64,000 nucleotides of DNA from an uncultured Methanomicrobiales archaeon (GCA_963697895.1 OY969100.1:576001-640000); one strand, 5' to 3'. Counted from the first letter of the stretch, positions 10,986 to 21,508 are shown. Translations and numbers: made by a program. Notes: generated by a model not told the origin, from the sequence alone.

Positions 10986-11846
10986 TCAAATGAGTTTTGA
11001 GCGCTGAAGGAGGAGGATATCATCGGTGGTGAGCTTCTCGCCGGCCCGGAACATCTTGAAGAGATGTTCCGCTTCCTTCCGCACCGCTTTCTGTTCCTTG
11101 GTAACCTTTGTCTTCTTCGTCTTTTTACGAAGTCCGCTGATAACTTTATCGTAATCCCTCAGTTCCTTCTGGCAGGCTATAAAATATTTATGTTCTGCAT
11201 CGGCTGATTCCTGAGCTTCAACAAAACTTTTATGGGCGTTATCTGCTTCTTCCCGCGACTTGTCGGCTTTCCGGTAGGACTCGACCATCAGATCATGGTG
11301 CTTCTGCGCGAGCTCTGCCATCTCGGTCACTTTTGCATGAAGATCGGATGCCTCCTTCCGGAAGTCCCGCGCAAGCGTTATCTTATTCTTTATCTCTTTA
11401 TTCTGTTCGAGCTCCGCCTCCTGCTCGCGAACAGATGACTTCATTTGTTTTATCTTGTCGATCAGTTCCCGCTCTTTATCGGTACTGATAACCTCGGTCT
11501 GCTGCCGGAATTCCAGATGTTCGATCTGTTTCTGGAGCTCCTTGATCCCCCGGTTTTTTATTCCGCCATGTTCCTTTTTAAACGCCTCAATCTCATCAAA
11601 AAAAGAATTCGCCTGATCATTTATCTCGTTCCGCTTGTCCTTGAGTGCCTGTACTTCGTTATTAAAGGAGTCTCTCAGCTCCTTGTTCTTCTGTGCTTCT
11701 TCCACATATTCACGGGTCTGATTATTCAGCGTATTTCTCTCGCGGGCACATTTACTTGCAAGCGCATTCAGTTCATTTCGTCTGTTTTTATGCTGTTCGG
11801 ATTCGGCGAGAATCTTTTTTCGTTTTTCAATCAACTCATTCAACAT
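10986..11846 (-). CDS. archaeal coiled-coil protein (COG1340-like)
   Basis: Long heptad-rich sequence with LEFRQQT and C-terminal GEKLTTDDILLLQ; typical neighbour of DUF373. Confidence 0.85.
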   Translation of the reverse strand: MLNELIEKRKKILAESEQHKNRRNELNALASKCARERNTLNNQTREYVEEAQKNKELRDSFNNEVQALKDKRNEINDQANSFFDEIEAFKKEHGGIKNRGIKELQKQIEHLEFRQQTEVISTDKERELIDKIKQMKSSVREQEAELEQNKEIKNKITLARDFRKEASDLHAKVTEMAELAQKHHDLMVESYRKADKSREEADNAHKSFVEAQESADAEHKYFIACQKELRDYDKVISGLRKKTKKTKVTKEQKAVRKEAEHLFKMFRAGEKLTTDDILLLQRSKLI

Positions 11847-11884
11847 TCGTTACCTACCTGCCTGTTCTCTCACTGTACGATATC

Positions 11885-12110
11885 CCCCGGGCCGGAAGGG
11901 AGGATCATATGAACAGGAAACAATATCCAGGAATGAATCGATCCGGTGCAAATACCGGTATGCAGCATGACATTCCTGAACGGGTTTTTCTGGAAAAAGG
12001 TGGACAGACATGTTACGAATGTCTGTGGTCAGATGCCTGTTCATGTGTTCAACTCCCGGTACGAGTAAGGTCGCAGAAAATCTCTGCCGATGCGACCCCT
12101 TCACAAAGGA
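11885..12110. ncRNA. candidate structured RNA or long 5' leader upstream of the coiled-coil gene
   Basis: Nested stems: 11906-11917/12036-12047, 11928-11935/11971-11978, 11943-11947/11954-11958, 12004-12011/12019-12026, 12069-12075/12091-12097. Confidence 0.45.
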
Positions 12111-12248
12111 TTCCAGCGTGAGGGATAATCCAAAGACTTTCTATTATGTAGATGATATTTGAAATATTAAGCATTTCGCAGAAATAGAAAAGAGTATTTT
12201 GTATGGGGATTAGTATTTTGGTGGCGATTTACCTGTTTTATAGTCTTT

Positions 12249-13406
12249 TTATCCTACCCATTCCAGTTGTGCTCCTCCGCTCGTAAAATCACGAGACTTG
12301 CGTTTGTTCGGCAGTTCCGGTGCTTTCGGACTGATCTTTTTCTGTTCGAGCTCTTCGAGAACACTCTTGTATGACTGACGGTTACCGAGTAGCTGGTGGT
12401 TCTGCACACCGGTCATGATGGCAAGAACGCGCACCTTTCCCTCCATATCATTCCGAACCCGGGCGCCCCAGATTACATCTGCATGCGGATCGAGTTCGTA
12501 GGTCAGGGATGTGGCGATCTCTTCGGCATCGGTAAGGGTCAGATCGCTTCCTCCGGTGATGTGAATCAATGAGCCGGTGGCACCCCGGTAATCGATGTCG
12601 AGCATCGGGTTGCTGAGGCACTCGCGGACAACACTTTCGGCTTTGTTCTGCTGTTTGCTCTCTCCAACGAGCATAACTGCGACACCGCCCTTGCTCATGA
12701 TCGCGCGGACATCCGCGTAATCTATGTTGATCAGGGATGGCTCCGTGATCGTCTCGCTGATACCCTTGACCGTCTCACCGATGAGCTGGTCCATGACCGA
12801 AAAGGCCTGCCCCAGCGGGAGATTCGGAACAAAGTTCTTCAGACGGTTGTTGTCGAGAACGATAACCGAATCGGCCGCGGTGGAAAGTGATTCGAGCCCT
12901 TCTTCGGCCCGGATCAGGCGTGCTTTCTCGACCTGGAACGGATAACTGACCATCCCGACGACGATCGCTCCCTGCTCCTTCGCAATCTGGGCAACGACGG
13001 GTGCCGAACCGGTGCCGGTACCGCCTCCCATGCCTGCGGTGATGAAGACGAGGTCGGCGGACTCGAGGAGTGCTTCCAGTGTCGGACGGGCCATCTCAGC
13101 AGCCCGTTTCCCGACATCGGGATATCCTCCTGCACCGAGTCCCCGTGTAAGAGACTTCCCGATCAGTACACGTTTGTCAGCCTGGATCATGTCCAGGTGC
13201 TGCTTGTCCGTGTTGATCGCAATCGTCTCGGCACCCGACACACCCATATGGTGCATCCGGTTCACGGTGTTATTGCCTGCACCTCCGCATCCTATGATGA
13301 CGATCCGTGGCTGACCGCAGAAATCGTCATCGATTGGGTTACCGGAGTTTTTCATCTCCTTCTCAATCTCGGAATTTTTGAGAGCCTCGTTAATGATACT
13401 CTGCAC
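12249..13406 (-). CDS. ftsZ: cell division protein FtsZ (FtsZ2 type)
   Basis: [27 protein letters not shown] and NIDYAD; directly downstream of cdrS. Confidence 0.97.
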   Translation of the reverse strand: MQSIINEALKNSEIEKEMKNSGNPIDDDFCGQPRIVIIGCGGAGNNTVNRMHHMGVSGAETIAINTDKQHLDMIQADKRVLIGKSLTRGLGAGGYPDVGKRAAEMARPTLEALLESADLVFITAGMGGGTGTGSAPVVAQIAKEQGAIVVGMVSYPFQVEKARLIRAEEGLESLSTAADSVIVLDNNRLKNFVPNLPLGQAFSVMDQLIGETVKGISETITEPSLINIDYADVRAIMSKGGVAVMLVGESKQQNKAESVVRECLSNPMLDIDYRGATGSLIHITGGSDLTLTDAEEIATSLTYELDPHADVIWGARVRNDMEGKVRVLAIMTGVQNHQLLGNRQSYKSVLEELEQKKISPKAPELPNKRKSRDFTSGGAQLEWVG

Positions 13407-13419
13407 GTTCTTTTCCCTC

Positions 13420-13599
13420 CTAAACCTTGAATGAAACCTGGTCGCTGTCTTTCAAGACACGGCTGGCACGTTTCTCAATGAGTTGACGAACCGCATCCCT
13501 GACTGCCTCCGAGACGGTGGGGAACTCCCCAGCCTCCACCATCTGTTCGAGCATCTCTATCTGCTGTTCGGGCAATCTGAGTGTTATCCGTTTCATCAT
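13420..13599 (-). CDS. cdrS: ribbon-helix-helix cell-division regulator CdrS
   Basis: [38 protein letters not shown]; conserved cdrS-ftsZ2 gene order. Confidence 0.88.
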   Translation of the reverse strand: MMKRITLRLPEQQIEMLEQMVEAGEFPTVSEAVRDAVRQLIEKRASRVLKDSDQVSFKV

Positions 13600-13626
13600 C
13601 CGTATCCCCCATATCCGACACATGCA

Positions 13627-13674
13627 TGACAATTGTCAGTCATATGTCAGACGCAGAGACTCCTTATGTCTGAC
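13627..13674. promoter_or_regulatory. putative RHH operator array upstream of cdrS
   Basis: Palindrome TGACAATTGTCA (13627-13638) and TGTCWGWC boxes at 13634, 13645 and 13667 (spacing 11 and 22 bp), between the AT-rich TATA region (~13700-13715) and the start codon. Confidence 0.45.
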
Positions 13675-13797
13675 TTAACCAGATAACACAAAATATAACA
13701 TAATTATATATATACTTTTCCCCGTATCTGCCTTTCTCCCCTGTTCAATTACCTTAATGAGCCACCATCGACCATCTCTGAAGGAGAGGTCTATTTC

Positions 13798-14796
13798 GTG
13801 AGAGGGGATATCAAAGAAAAAGTAATCCATGGAGGGATTGTTAAAAGAAGCCAGGAAATTATGGGAAAATGCATCCTGGATTTCAGCGCCAGCATCAATC
13901 CGTTCCCTCCCGCGGTGGTATGGGATGCTTCCCGCGCTTTACTGGACCGGTATCCCGACGACTCTTATGCCCGGCTAAAGGAAGTTATTGCCGCACGGTT
14001 CAGCCGCAATGTCGACGAGATCACCGTAGGGAACGGTTCCATCGAGCTGATCCGGGTTTTCTGTTCGGTTATGTGTAATGAAGGGACGAGGATCTGGAGA
14101 GAAGATCCGACATTCGGGGAATATGAGCTCTCTGCGTCACTCGCGGGAGCCCGGGTTGTACCTGGAATAAAGGATGCGGAGATCGCGTTCCTCTGTAACC
14201 CGAATAACCCCACCGGACTGCTCCGGACAAAGGTTGAAGTGCGGGAAATGCTGGGAGAATTCAGGCGATCCCTGAGGATGCTCTTTCTCGATGAAGCATT
14301 CATCGAGCTTGCGGATCCAGGTGAGAGCCTGGTAGATATCCGCGATGATCGCCTTTTCCTCATTCGCTCGCTCACCAAAAGTTTCGCTGTGCCCGGCATC
14401 CGGTTCGGGTATGGGTTTGGAGACCCGGAACTTATCACCCGGATGGAAGTCGCCCGACTGCCCTGGTCGATAAATGCATACGCAGAATCCTTCGCGATCG
14501 CCGCATTCCGCCATTACACGGATCTCGAGCAGTCACGGGCCCGTATCGCAGAGGAACGGGAATGGGTCTCCGGGGAGTGTACCCGCATTGGCCTCGTTGT
14601 CCACCCATCATCGGCAAATTTCCTCCTGCTCGATCTGAAAATTCCCGCCCCGGTCCTCTGCCAGCGACTCCTCGAACATGACATCCTTGTCCGCGATTGT
14701 TCATCATTCGGGTTGCCGTTTTGTGTGAGAGTGGCAGTACGAAGCCGTGAGGAAAATCGGCGGCTTATAGAAGCGCTGAGCATATGCTTGCACTGA
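13798..14796 (+). CDS. cobD: L-threonine-O-3-phosphate decarboxylase / class I-II PLP aminotransferase (CobD-like)
   Basis: HGG, DFSASINP, CNPNNPTG, DEAFIE, RSLTKSFAVPGIRFGY; adjacent to cobY. Confidence 0.8.
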   Translation: MRGDIKEKVIHGGIVKRSQEIMGKCILDFSASINPFPPAVVWDASRALLDRYPDDSYARLKEVIAARFSRNVDEITVGNGSIELIRVFCSVMCNEGTRIWREDPTFGEYELSASLAGARVVPGIKDAEIAFLCNPNNPTGLLRTKVEVREMLGEFRRSLRMLFLDEAFIELADPGESLVDIRDDRLFLIRSLTKSFAVPGIRFGYGFGDPELITRMEVARLPWSINAYAESFAIAAFRHYTDLEQSRARIAEEREWVSGECTRIGLVVHPSSANFLLLDLKIPAPVLCQRLLEHDILVRDCSSFGLPFCVRVAVRSREENRRLIEALSICLH

Positions 14797-15398
14797 TTAT
14801 GGCGGGCGGCTCAGGCAGCCGTCTGAATATGGGCGAAAAACCCCTTGTGCGGATTTTAGACCGGCCGATGATAGACTATGTGATCCAGGCCTTTGATCGT
14901 TCCGGGTGCACCGCCCTTGTGGTTGTTTCCCCCCATACTCCAGTCACCCGGAACTGGTGCAGGGCGCACGGGATCGATGTATGTACATCAGCAGGGGCGG
15001 GCTATATCCCGGATCTCATCGAGGCGGTAAATGAGCTTGGGGAGAAGTATCCGCTCTTCACCAGCGTATCGGACATCCCCTGCATCACCGCGCCAATTAT
15101 TCACAAGATTCGTGAAACATACCAGGCTTCAGGAAGGGACGCCTGTTCGACCTGGGTAACAGCGAGGCTCTGTGATCGATCCGGTTGCCGTACATCTATC
15201 CACGAAACGATAGACGGGGAACTGGCATCCCCTGCTGGTATCAATATACTCCGTGGTGATCTCATCCGGGAAGAACAGGATGAATTGAAGCTTTTGATGC
15301 ATGAAAAACAACTAGCTTTCAATATCAATACCCGCGAAGACCTCCGGATAGTGGACCGGCATTTCAGGAATCTGATGAATTCAGGTTCGATCGGGTGA
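14784..15398 (+). CDS. cobY: adenosylcobinamide-phosphate guanylyltransferase CobY
   Basis: ALIMAGGSGSRL, EKPL, GAGYIPDL, PAGINI, AFNINT. Confidence 0.85.
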   Translation: MLALIMAGGSGSRLNMGEKPLVRILDRPMIDYVIQAFDRSGCTALVVVSPHTPVTRNWCRAHGIDVCTSAGAGYIPDLIEAVNELGEKYPLFTSVSDIPCITAPIIHKIRETYQASGRDACSTWVTARLCDRSGCRTSIHETIDGELASPAGINILRGDLIREEQDELKLLMHEKQLAFNINTREDLRIVDRHFRNLMNSGSIG

Positions 15399-15537
15399 TC
15401 GATGCAATATGACAGAAGTCCGCCATCCGGGGATGGGAGTTTTACGCCCGAGAACCTGTTCCGATTCGGTGACGCAGAAATTTCCGCAGATATGGCGAGA
15501 AATAATATAAGCAATCATCGCCGACAATTGAGGTAAT

Positions 15538-16770
15538 ATGCTGGCATCGCGGGAGATCGAGCTCGAGGGTCATATTATAGACTCTGGAATAATGACGCTC
15601 ATCTTCGATAAGATCATGGACATGGGAGGAAATTTTGAGATCCTTGTCTTTGACATCGGAAAACGAAAAACCGATCCGAGCTATGCCCGGCTCCGTGTTA
15701 CTGCCGAACACGATGACAAACTCCAGGCGATCGTCTCTGAGCTCCACCGGTATGGTGCCCGCCTGCTGGAAGTGGGAGACGTCTGTATCGTGCCTGCAGA
15801 GGGGGACAGGATCGTCCCGAAAGGCTTCTATTCAACTACCAATCACCCGACATCGGTGAAATATTGTGGGGTCTGGCTTCCTGTACAGGAGATCGAGATG
15901 GACTGCCTGATCATTGTTGACCAGGATCGAAAGACGGCACGGTGTACACCACTCTCCAAACTGAAAGAAGGGGATACAGTCGTCGTGGGAGAGGCAGGTG
16001 TGCGTATCGTTCCCCCGGAACGCCCGCGTGAACAGTCCAATTTTGAATTTATGCACGGGACTGTCTCGCCTGAACGACCAAGCGAGACACTCATTGCAAA
16101 AATCGCTGCTGAGATGATCGATATCCGCCATAAGGGCGGAAAAATCGCCCTCGTCGGCGGTCCTGCCATCATTCACACCGGTGCAGCGAATGCACTTGCC
16201 GGAATTATCAGAAAGGGATACATCAACGTGCTGTTCGCAGGTAATGCGCTGGCAACGCATGACATCGAGTACAACCTGTTCGGCACGTCTCTCGGGATGG
16301 ATTTATCCACGGGTAAACCAGTTATCGGGGGACACAAACACCATATTTATGCAATATCAGAGATCATCCGCGCAGGTTCAATCCGGAAGGCTGTCGAACA
16401 GGGTATCATCACCGGGGGGATCATGTATGAATGTGTTAAAAATGATGTCCCGTTCATTCTCGCGGGATCCATCCGGGATGATGGTCCGCTTCCCGATGTG
16501 ATCACCGACGCGATGGAAGCGCAGGACAGGATCCGGGAACATGTGCAGGACTGCAGCATGGTGCTGATGGTGGCGACACTGCTCCACTCTATAGCGGTCG
16601 GAAACTGCCTTCCCTCCTTCATCAAGACTGTCTGCGTGGATATCAATCCGACATCGGTCACTAAACTGATGGACCGGGGCACGATGCAGGCGATCGGGGT
16701 CGTCAGTGACGCCGGCACGTTCTTCCCGCTCCTGGCGAAGCAGCTGGAGATTCAGGATCGCTGTCCCTAG
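15538..16770 (+). CDS. TIGR00300-family protein (ornithine cyclodeaminase, homologous to the ArgZ/AgrE C-terminal part)
   Basis: EGHIIDSG, FYSTTNHPT, EMDC, GNALATHDIE, AGSIRDDGPLP, KLMDRG. Confidence 0.88.
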   Translation: MLASREIELEGHIIDSGIMTLIFDKIMDMGGNFEILVFDIGKRKTDPSYARLRVTAEHDDKLQAIVSELHRYGARLLEVGDVCIVPAEGDRIVPKGFYSTTNHPTSVKYCGVWLPVQEIEMDCLIIVDQDRKTARCTPLSKLKEGDTVVVGEAGVRIVPPERPREQSNFEFMHGTVSPERPSETLIAKIAAEMIDIRHKGGKIALVGGPAIIHTGAANALAGIIRKGYINVLFAGNALATHDIEYNLFGTSLGMDLSTGKPVIGGHKHHIYAISEIIRAGSIRKAVEQGIITGGIMYECVKNDVPFILAGSIRDDGPLPDVITDAMEAQDRIREHVQDCSMVLMVATLLHSIAVGNCLPSFIKTVCVDINPTSVTKLMDRGTMQAIGVVSDAGTFFPLLAKQLEIQDRCP

Positions 16771-17741
16771 CGGGTCAGCGGCATGCAATATGGCATTTCC
16801 TGCTCCATGACATACTCCCATTCCCGTTTGCAGGAACAAGGGGTGAGAAGGAGTTCCTGGATCAGTGCCCGATCACCCGAGAGGCTGTAATCGCGGATTC
16901 CCCTGATAATCTCCCGGTCGCAACGGCCACAATTGTGCGGTCCGCGCGGATGTCCTCCCCCGATGGGATCCACCGTGATATGAACTGGAGCTTCCAGTAT
17001 CACGGAGAGGATACTCCACAGGTAGGGAGGTCGGTAGGCCCCCTGTTTCCAGTAAAATTCGAGTTCGGTCCTGCGTTGGACGGTGCAGGGGTTCATCGAT
17101 ATCAACTCTGCTGAGGATGTGAGAGCCCCGATCGATCGGTTCATATCCTCGACCGCTTCCCGCTCGGAGAGGAACAACGGCTTCATCAGGAGGTACCCTT
17201 TCACTCCTGCACCGGCCCGTTCCGCTTCGCGCGCCGCACCCTCGTACTGTTCATACGAAAACCCCTTGCATATGGATTTTTCCCTTATCTGATCGCTTGC
17301 GGTTTCTACACCGATGGCAACATACAATGGCGTTTTCCAGGTTCCGTCATCGATCCTGCCGATGAATTCTTCCAGCCCGTCTGCCTGAACGTACTCCGGG
17401 CGGGTCTCAACAATGACCAGTTTCCCCCGGAACAGATCTCCTGCGGCCTCTCTCACCCCGATTGGCACTTCGACCGGATCAAAAAAACTACCCGAGGTAT
17501 AGAGCTTCACGACCTGCCTGTCGCTGAGGTCGACATTCTCCCGCACCCACCTGATCTGCTGCATCATCCGTGCGGTGAGTTCCGGTTCCGACAACCCTCC
17601 ATACCGCTCATGCCGGTAACTGCACATCCTGCACCTGCTCCAGGCACACCCCCCGGTTTTCAGGATTATCGTCAAGGAATCGAGGACCTGGTCACGGATC
17701 CGATCCCGCCCGTTCCAGCAGGCAAGCGGTTTTTCTGTCAT
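16767..17741 (-). CDS. archaeosine biosynthesis radical SAM protein RaSEA (TIGR01210-like)
   Basis: ILKTGGCAWSRCRMCSY, KLYTSGSF, ETRPE, YRPPYLWS, GPHNCGRCD. Confidence 0.88.
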   Translation of the reverse strand: MTEKPLACWNGRDRIRDQVLDSLTIILKTGGCAWSRCRMCSYRHERYGGLSEPELTARMMQQIRWVRENVDLSDRQVVKLYTSGSFFDPVEVPIGVREAAGDLFRGKLVIVETRPEYVQADGLEEFIGRIDDGTWKTPLYVAIGVETASDQIREKSICKGFSYEQYEGAAREAERAGAGVKGYLLMKPLFLSEREAVEDMNRSIGALTSSAELISMNPCTVQRRTELEFYWKQGAYRPPYLWSILSVILEAPVHITVDPIGGGHPRGPHNCGRCDREIIRGIRDYSLSGDRALIQELLLTPCSCKREWEYVMEQEMPYCMPLTR

Positions 17742-17782
17742 ATCAGAAAGCATTTACATCAATATAGGCAACCTGTACCCTA

Positions 17783-18895
17783 ATGAAGAGGATCCTGATC
17801 CTGCTGGTATTCGTGTCGCTCCTGATAGGAACAGCTGCGGCGTATGAACTTTCCATCAGCGCTCCCTCAACCCTGCAGGTCGGCAAGCCCATCGTGGTCA
17901 ACGGTACATCCAACCTGAATGCGGGAACCACGGTCGATATCGTCCTCTCCCATTCGGATAATGTATATCACGAAATCGCCAGGAAGTCTGTTACCATCCA
18001 GAGCGTCCGGGACTTCAATATAACGTTCGATACGAAGGGGCTCGACAGGGGCGTGTATAAAATTGAAGTGCTCCCGGTAGCGGGTATCCAGTTCCTGGGT
18101 AACTCCACCACATTGCGTTCGATCGAACTCATCGATCGCTCCGATGAGATCAAGATCAAATCGCCGCTGGAACAGGAGTTTGATGGTATGCTGAGGCTTG
18201 ATGGATCCCTCGTCAATGCGAAGAACACGGGTGTCCAGATCGAGGTGAAAGACGCAGAGGGAAGTTCGATCTTCGGGCCGGAATATATCTCAACGACCCA
18301 TGAAGGTGCGTTCTCGAAGCAGATCCCCATCGAGAAGAGCGGTCTCTATGATGTCGAGTTCACAGACGACCGGGGCTTCATCGGGACGGTCACGTTCACG
18401 GTCAAAGAGCTCCCGGAGGTTACCACGACGGTTCCGACAACGGAACCGACACCGGTGGTTCCGATCGTATCCGCTACTGCCGAGGCCTCCCGCGACAACC
18501 CGGCATATTTCACCGTGACCACAAAAGGGGAACCGGTAACGATCTCTACCTCGACAGGGATCGACTGGGTGATCGAATACCCGGATGCACAGGGAAATAT
18601 CCAGAAGGTAAACAGTGGCGGTTCGGCAACGACAGAGGAGATTACACTCCCCGGTACCCCGGACACGGTCTATCTGATGGTGTACCCGTACCTGTATTCG
18701 GCCAGCGGGCCGGTCACCCTTAACGGCGAGAATGCAGAATCAGTGGAGGTATCGTCAACGGTACCCCCGGTCTTCTCCGGGACTCCCGGTTCAACTACAT
18801 CCCCTGCCCAGCAGGGACCACTCCCGCCGTACCTTCCTTTCCTTGCAATCGGGATCGGAATCGCGATATTCGCCCTCTTCCGGAAGAAACCATAA
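17783..18895 (+). CDS. cell-surface/S-layer-associated protein with C-terminal sorting anchor
   Basis: Signal peptide, beta-rich domains, Thr/Pro linker, C-terminal PLP-TM-RKK tail. Confidence 0.78.
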   Translation: MKRILILLVFVSLLIGTAAAYELSISAPSTLQVGKPIVVNGTSNLNAGTTVDIVLSHSDNVYHEIARKSVTIQSVRDFNITFDTKGLDRGVYKIEVLPVAGIQFLGNSTTLRSIELIDRSDEIKIKSPLEQEFDGMLRLDGSLVNAKNTGVQIEVKDAEGSSIFGPEYISTTHEGAFSKQIPIEKSGLYDVEFTDDRGFIGTVTFTVKELPEVTTTVPTTEPTPVVPIVSATAEASRDNPAYFTVTTKGEPVTISTSTGIDWVIEYPDAQGNIQKVNSGGSATTEEITLPGTPDTVYLMVYPYLYSASGPVTLNGENAESVEVSSTVPPVFSGTPGSTTSPAQQGPLPPYLPFLAIGIGIAIFALFRKKP

Positions 18896-18982
18896 TCCAT
18901 CACCCGATAACGAAAAATCTATTAATTTTGCCAGATAATGTGGATAAGTTTTTTACGATCCATCGCCAATCATATGACCGGA

Positions 18983-19067
18983 GCCGGGGTAGTCTAGTCC
19001 GGAAAGGCGGTGGCCTTGAAAGCCACTGGTGCCTGGCACCTCAGGAGTTCAAATCTCTTCCCCGGCG
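18983..19067 (+). tRNA. tRNA-Ser (anticodon TGA)
   Basis: Acceptor stem GCCGGGG/CCCCGGC, anticodon arm GTGGC-CTTGAAA-GCCAC, long variable arm, GTTCAAATC T-loop. Confidence 0.95.
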
Positions 19068-19350
19068 CTCTTATGAAAGATTAGCCAGTTTCTCATTGTT
19101 TTTCCTCTCAAAATTCTCAAACGAATCGACCGGAAAACACCTGTCGGATCATGGGGAATGTTTCCGTGTATATCCCTCCAATAGCGCGTTGAAGAGATTT
19201 TTCTCGATAAAACTCCAATCTGGGGGAGGCGATACATAGCGAAGCTTCGGCCTTGCCCCGGGAGGAAATATCAGCCCTCGTGGCCAACCTAAAGAGAAAA
19301 ATTATTTATACTGGTACATGAGTTAAGGTGTGAAGAAAAGAGGAAACGAT

Positions 19351-19659
19351 ATGGCATTTTTACGTGAGGGAGAGAAGGTCATCCTCCAGGACTCTGGGAA
19401 GTCAGACTTCTTTGGAAAAGGAACGCTTTATCTGACCAATGAACGGATCGTGTTCGAAGCGTTCGTAGGCGGCATATTTTCAAAGAGCTCGGAAGTAAAG
19501 ATCGATCAGGGAATGTCAACGATCAAGGCGGTCTCTGTTCCCGCCGGGAAAACGCTTCAGGTTCAATTCGAGGGAAACGTGGAACCGACGATTGTTTATG
19601 TGAGCAATCCGGAAAAATGGGAAGCTGCAATTAACAGTGCGCTGGCTGCACGCACGTAA
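19351..19659 (+). CDS. small PH/GRAM-like domain protein
   Basis: MAFLREGEKVIL...GTLYLTNERIVF, a pattern seen in prokaryotic PH/GRAM-like folds. Confidence 0.6.
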   Translation: MAFLREGEKVILQDSGKSDFFGKGTLYLTNERIVFEAFVGGIFSKSSEVKIDQGMSTIKAVSVPAGKTLQVQFEGNVEPTIVYVSNPEKWEAAINSALAART

Positions 19660-19789
19660 ATCCAGTGAGGATTACGGACGAGAACATCCGCATGAATCCG
19701 GTTTTCCTGGTTCACATCCGATTTTTTTATAATAAATACCTCAAAATGCAACATGGGGGAACGGGAAAGATCCTGCGGGTAAAATAGTA

Positions 19790-20596
19790 TCAGGGGATTA
19801 ATACCCCGTCGATGACCTGGATGTACCCGTTGCTTGCATTGATATCTGTCTGGACCACCGGTATCTCGTCGATCGTGATGACCCCGTTCAGATCATCGAC
19901 CGTGAGATCGATGCCCAGGAGCGTTTTTAAGCTTTTCACCTTAGTTATATCCGCCGCCGACAATTTTTCCGGTACCGTCTGATAGAGAAGTATATCCTTG
20001 AGCTGGCCCTCCGGGTCTTCAAGCAGCAGGTTCAGGCTTCCCGCAGGCAACGCTTTGAACGCGTCATTCGTGGGGGCGAAAAATGTATAGGGTCCCGGTC
20101 CGCTGAGGGTTCCGGTGAGGTTTGCCGCCCGAATCGCTGAAACGAGCGTAGCGAAACGACCATCAGCCGCGAGTGTATCGACGATATTTTTCTGCACGGG
20201 TGGGATAGGGGTTGTCGTCGAGGCGACCGGAGATGTCGTCGTTGTTATTGACACGGTGGGGGAGCTGACGGTCGTACCGGTCGCAGTCTGCGTCCGGGTG
20301 GTGACCGGGGTGGTCGTCGAAACCGGAGTACCCGTTGTTACGGTGGTTGTCCCGACCGGGGATGTCGTTACGGGGGTACCTGTTGTGGTATTGGGTATTA
20401 TTTCGGTCGGGGTACCTGTTGTTGTGTTTAGGGGAACTTCAGTCGGGGTACCTGTTCGTGCCTCGCTTCCCGTTACCGCTATGGTCCCGGTGACGCTCAC
20501 CATTCCCGGGGAACTTTCATTTGACGAGGGAGGCACCGTTTGCGTACAGCCGGCAGTGAGGAGGAAGAGCGCAAGAATTACCAGAATGATTGCCAT
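19790..20596 (-). CDS. fasciclin (FAS1)-domain lipoprotein with Thr/Pro-rich stalk
   Basis: Lipobox LTAGC, long T/P linker, GPYTFFAPTNDAF and ASNGYIQVIDGVLIP; start uncertain (up to 20671). Confidence 0.88.
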   Translation of the reverse strand: MAIILVILALFLLTAGCTQTVPPSSNESSPGMVSVTGTIAVTGSEARTGTPTEVPLNTTTGTPTEIIPNTTTGTPVTTSPVGTTTVTTGTPVSTTTPVTTRTQTATGTTVSSPTVSITTTTSPVASTTTPIPPVQKNIVDTLAADGRFATLVSAIRAANLTGTLSGPGPYTFFAPTNDAFKALPAGSLNLLLEDPEGQLKDILLYQTVPEKLSAADITKVKSLKTLLGIDLTVDDLNGVITIDEIPVVQTDINASNGYIQVIDGVLIP

Positions 20597-20904
20597 GAAA
20601 GAGATACGATCCATCAATTCACAACCCAGACATCTCTGAATTACTTCTTCAATTTTACTCCTTTTAACCATTTCTTTTCTTCACGGTCATCCGGATCGAA
20701 AATTCCCGGAACACCGGGTACCCGGAGTCAGGATGGAAGAATATCAATTCTCATCGGACCTACAGCAAATTCGTGGCATGAATTGAGCATTTTGCCGCGA
20801 TTACCGCTGATTTTCAACCATAACCGGTGTATCTTCTCGCGATTGTTGCCATCGTTCGTTTTATCTGAACGAATTGACCATGATATAACAGGAGAGGCAG
20901 CTCC

Positions 20905-21129
20905 ATGTGTATTGCAATTCCAGCCGAAGTCATCGAAAAGAAGGGAGAAAATATCGGGCTCGTTGACTATGGCGATCTCAGGCAGGAGATCCGTCTGGAT
21001 CTCGTGGATGTGGACGTCGGTGACTTTGTGCTGGTACATGTAGGGTTTGCGATCCAGAAACTGACCCGCGATGAAGCTCTGGAGACCCGGGAGATCTTCC
21101 GGCAGGTCTATGCCGCGATGGAAGAATAA
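20905..21129 (+). CDS. hypC: hydrogenase maturation chaperone HypC
   Basis: MCIAIPAEV...VGDFVLVHVGFAI. Confidence 0.95.
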   Translation: MCIAIPAEVIEKKGENIGLVDYGDLRQEIRLDLVDVDVGDFVLVHVGFAIQKLTRDEALETREIFRQVYAAMEE

Positions 21130-21328
21130 TAGTTTCCGCCATTTTTTAACCCGGTAATATCTGCATTCTTTTCTTCAAATTCTGCCATGTGCGGGAAATC
21201 GGGGAGAAACCCGGGAAATTCATGATCACATCCCCCGATCTTCCCAAAATAATCCATCAGGGTATTCAATACGCTTATCTATCTGGAATATGAGATAATA
21301 TGAAAACATCCAAAATGAGGTATGTTAC

Positions 21329-21508
21329 ATGGATAAAACAGGTGCTGGAAGTTTAATTGCTGGAGTAATACTCATTCTGCTGGGAATCTGGGGAGTGATC
21401 GTCTTTCTGCCAATGGTAATCACATTTATAGAAGGGGTAATCGGGATCCTTGGCATACTGGTCGGGATCTTCCTGGTGATCTTCGGCGCGATCATGCTAA
21501 AAGAATAG
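21329..21508 (+). CDS. small 2-TM membrane protein (59 aa)
   Basis: Hand translation MDKTGAGSLIAGVILILLGIWGVIVFLPMVITFIEGVIGILGILVGIFLVIFGAIMLKE with a GAGGT RBS; not in the ORF track. Confidence 0.75.
   Translation: MDKTGAGSLIAGVILILLGIWGVIVFLPMVITFIEGVIGILGILVGIFLVIFGAIMLKE

Noticed and set aside
11884-11905. CCCGGGCCGGAAGGGAG resembles SRP RNA helix 8
   Set aside because: The conserved CAGG/AGCA internal loop is absent and the position does not fit the SRP layout; kept only as an unknown structured RNA.
20200-20500. Repetitive GGGGTACCTGTT-type motifs
   Set aside because: They are explained by the Thr/Pro-rich stalk (TGTPT repeats) of the fasciclin lipoprotein.
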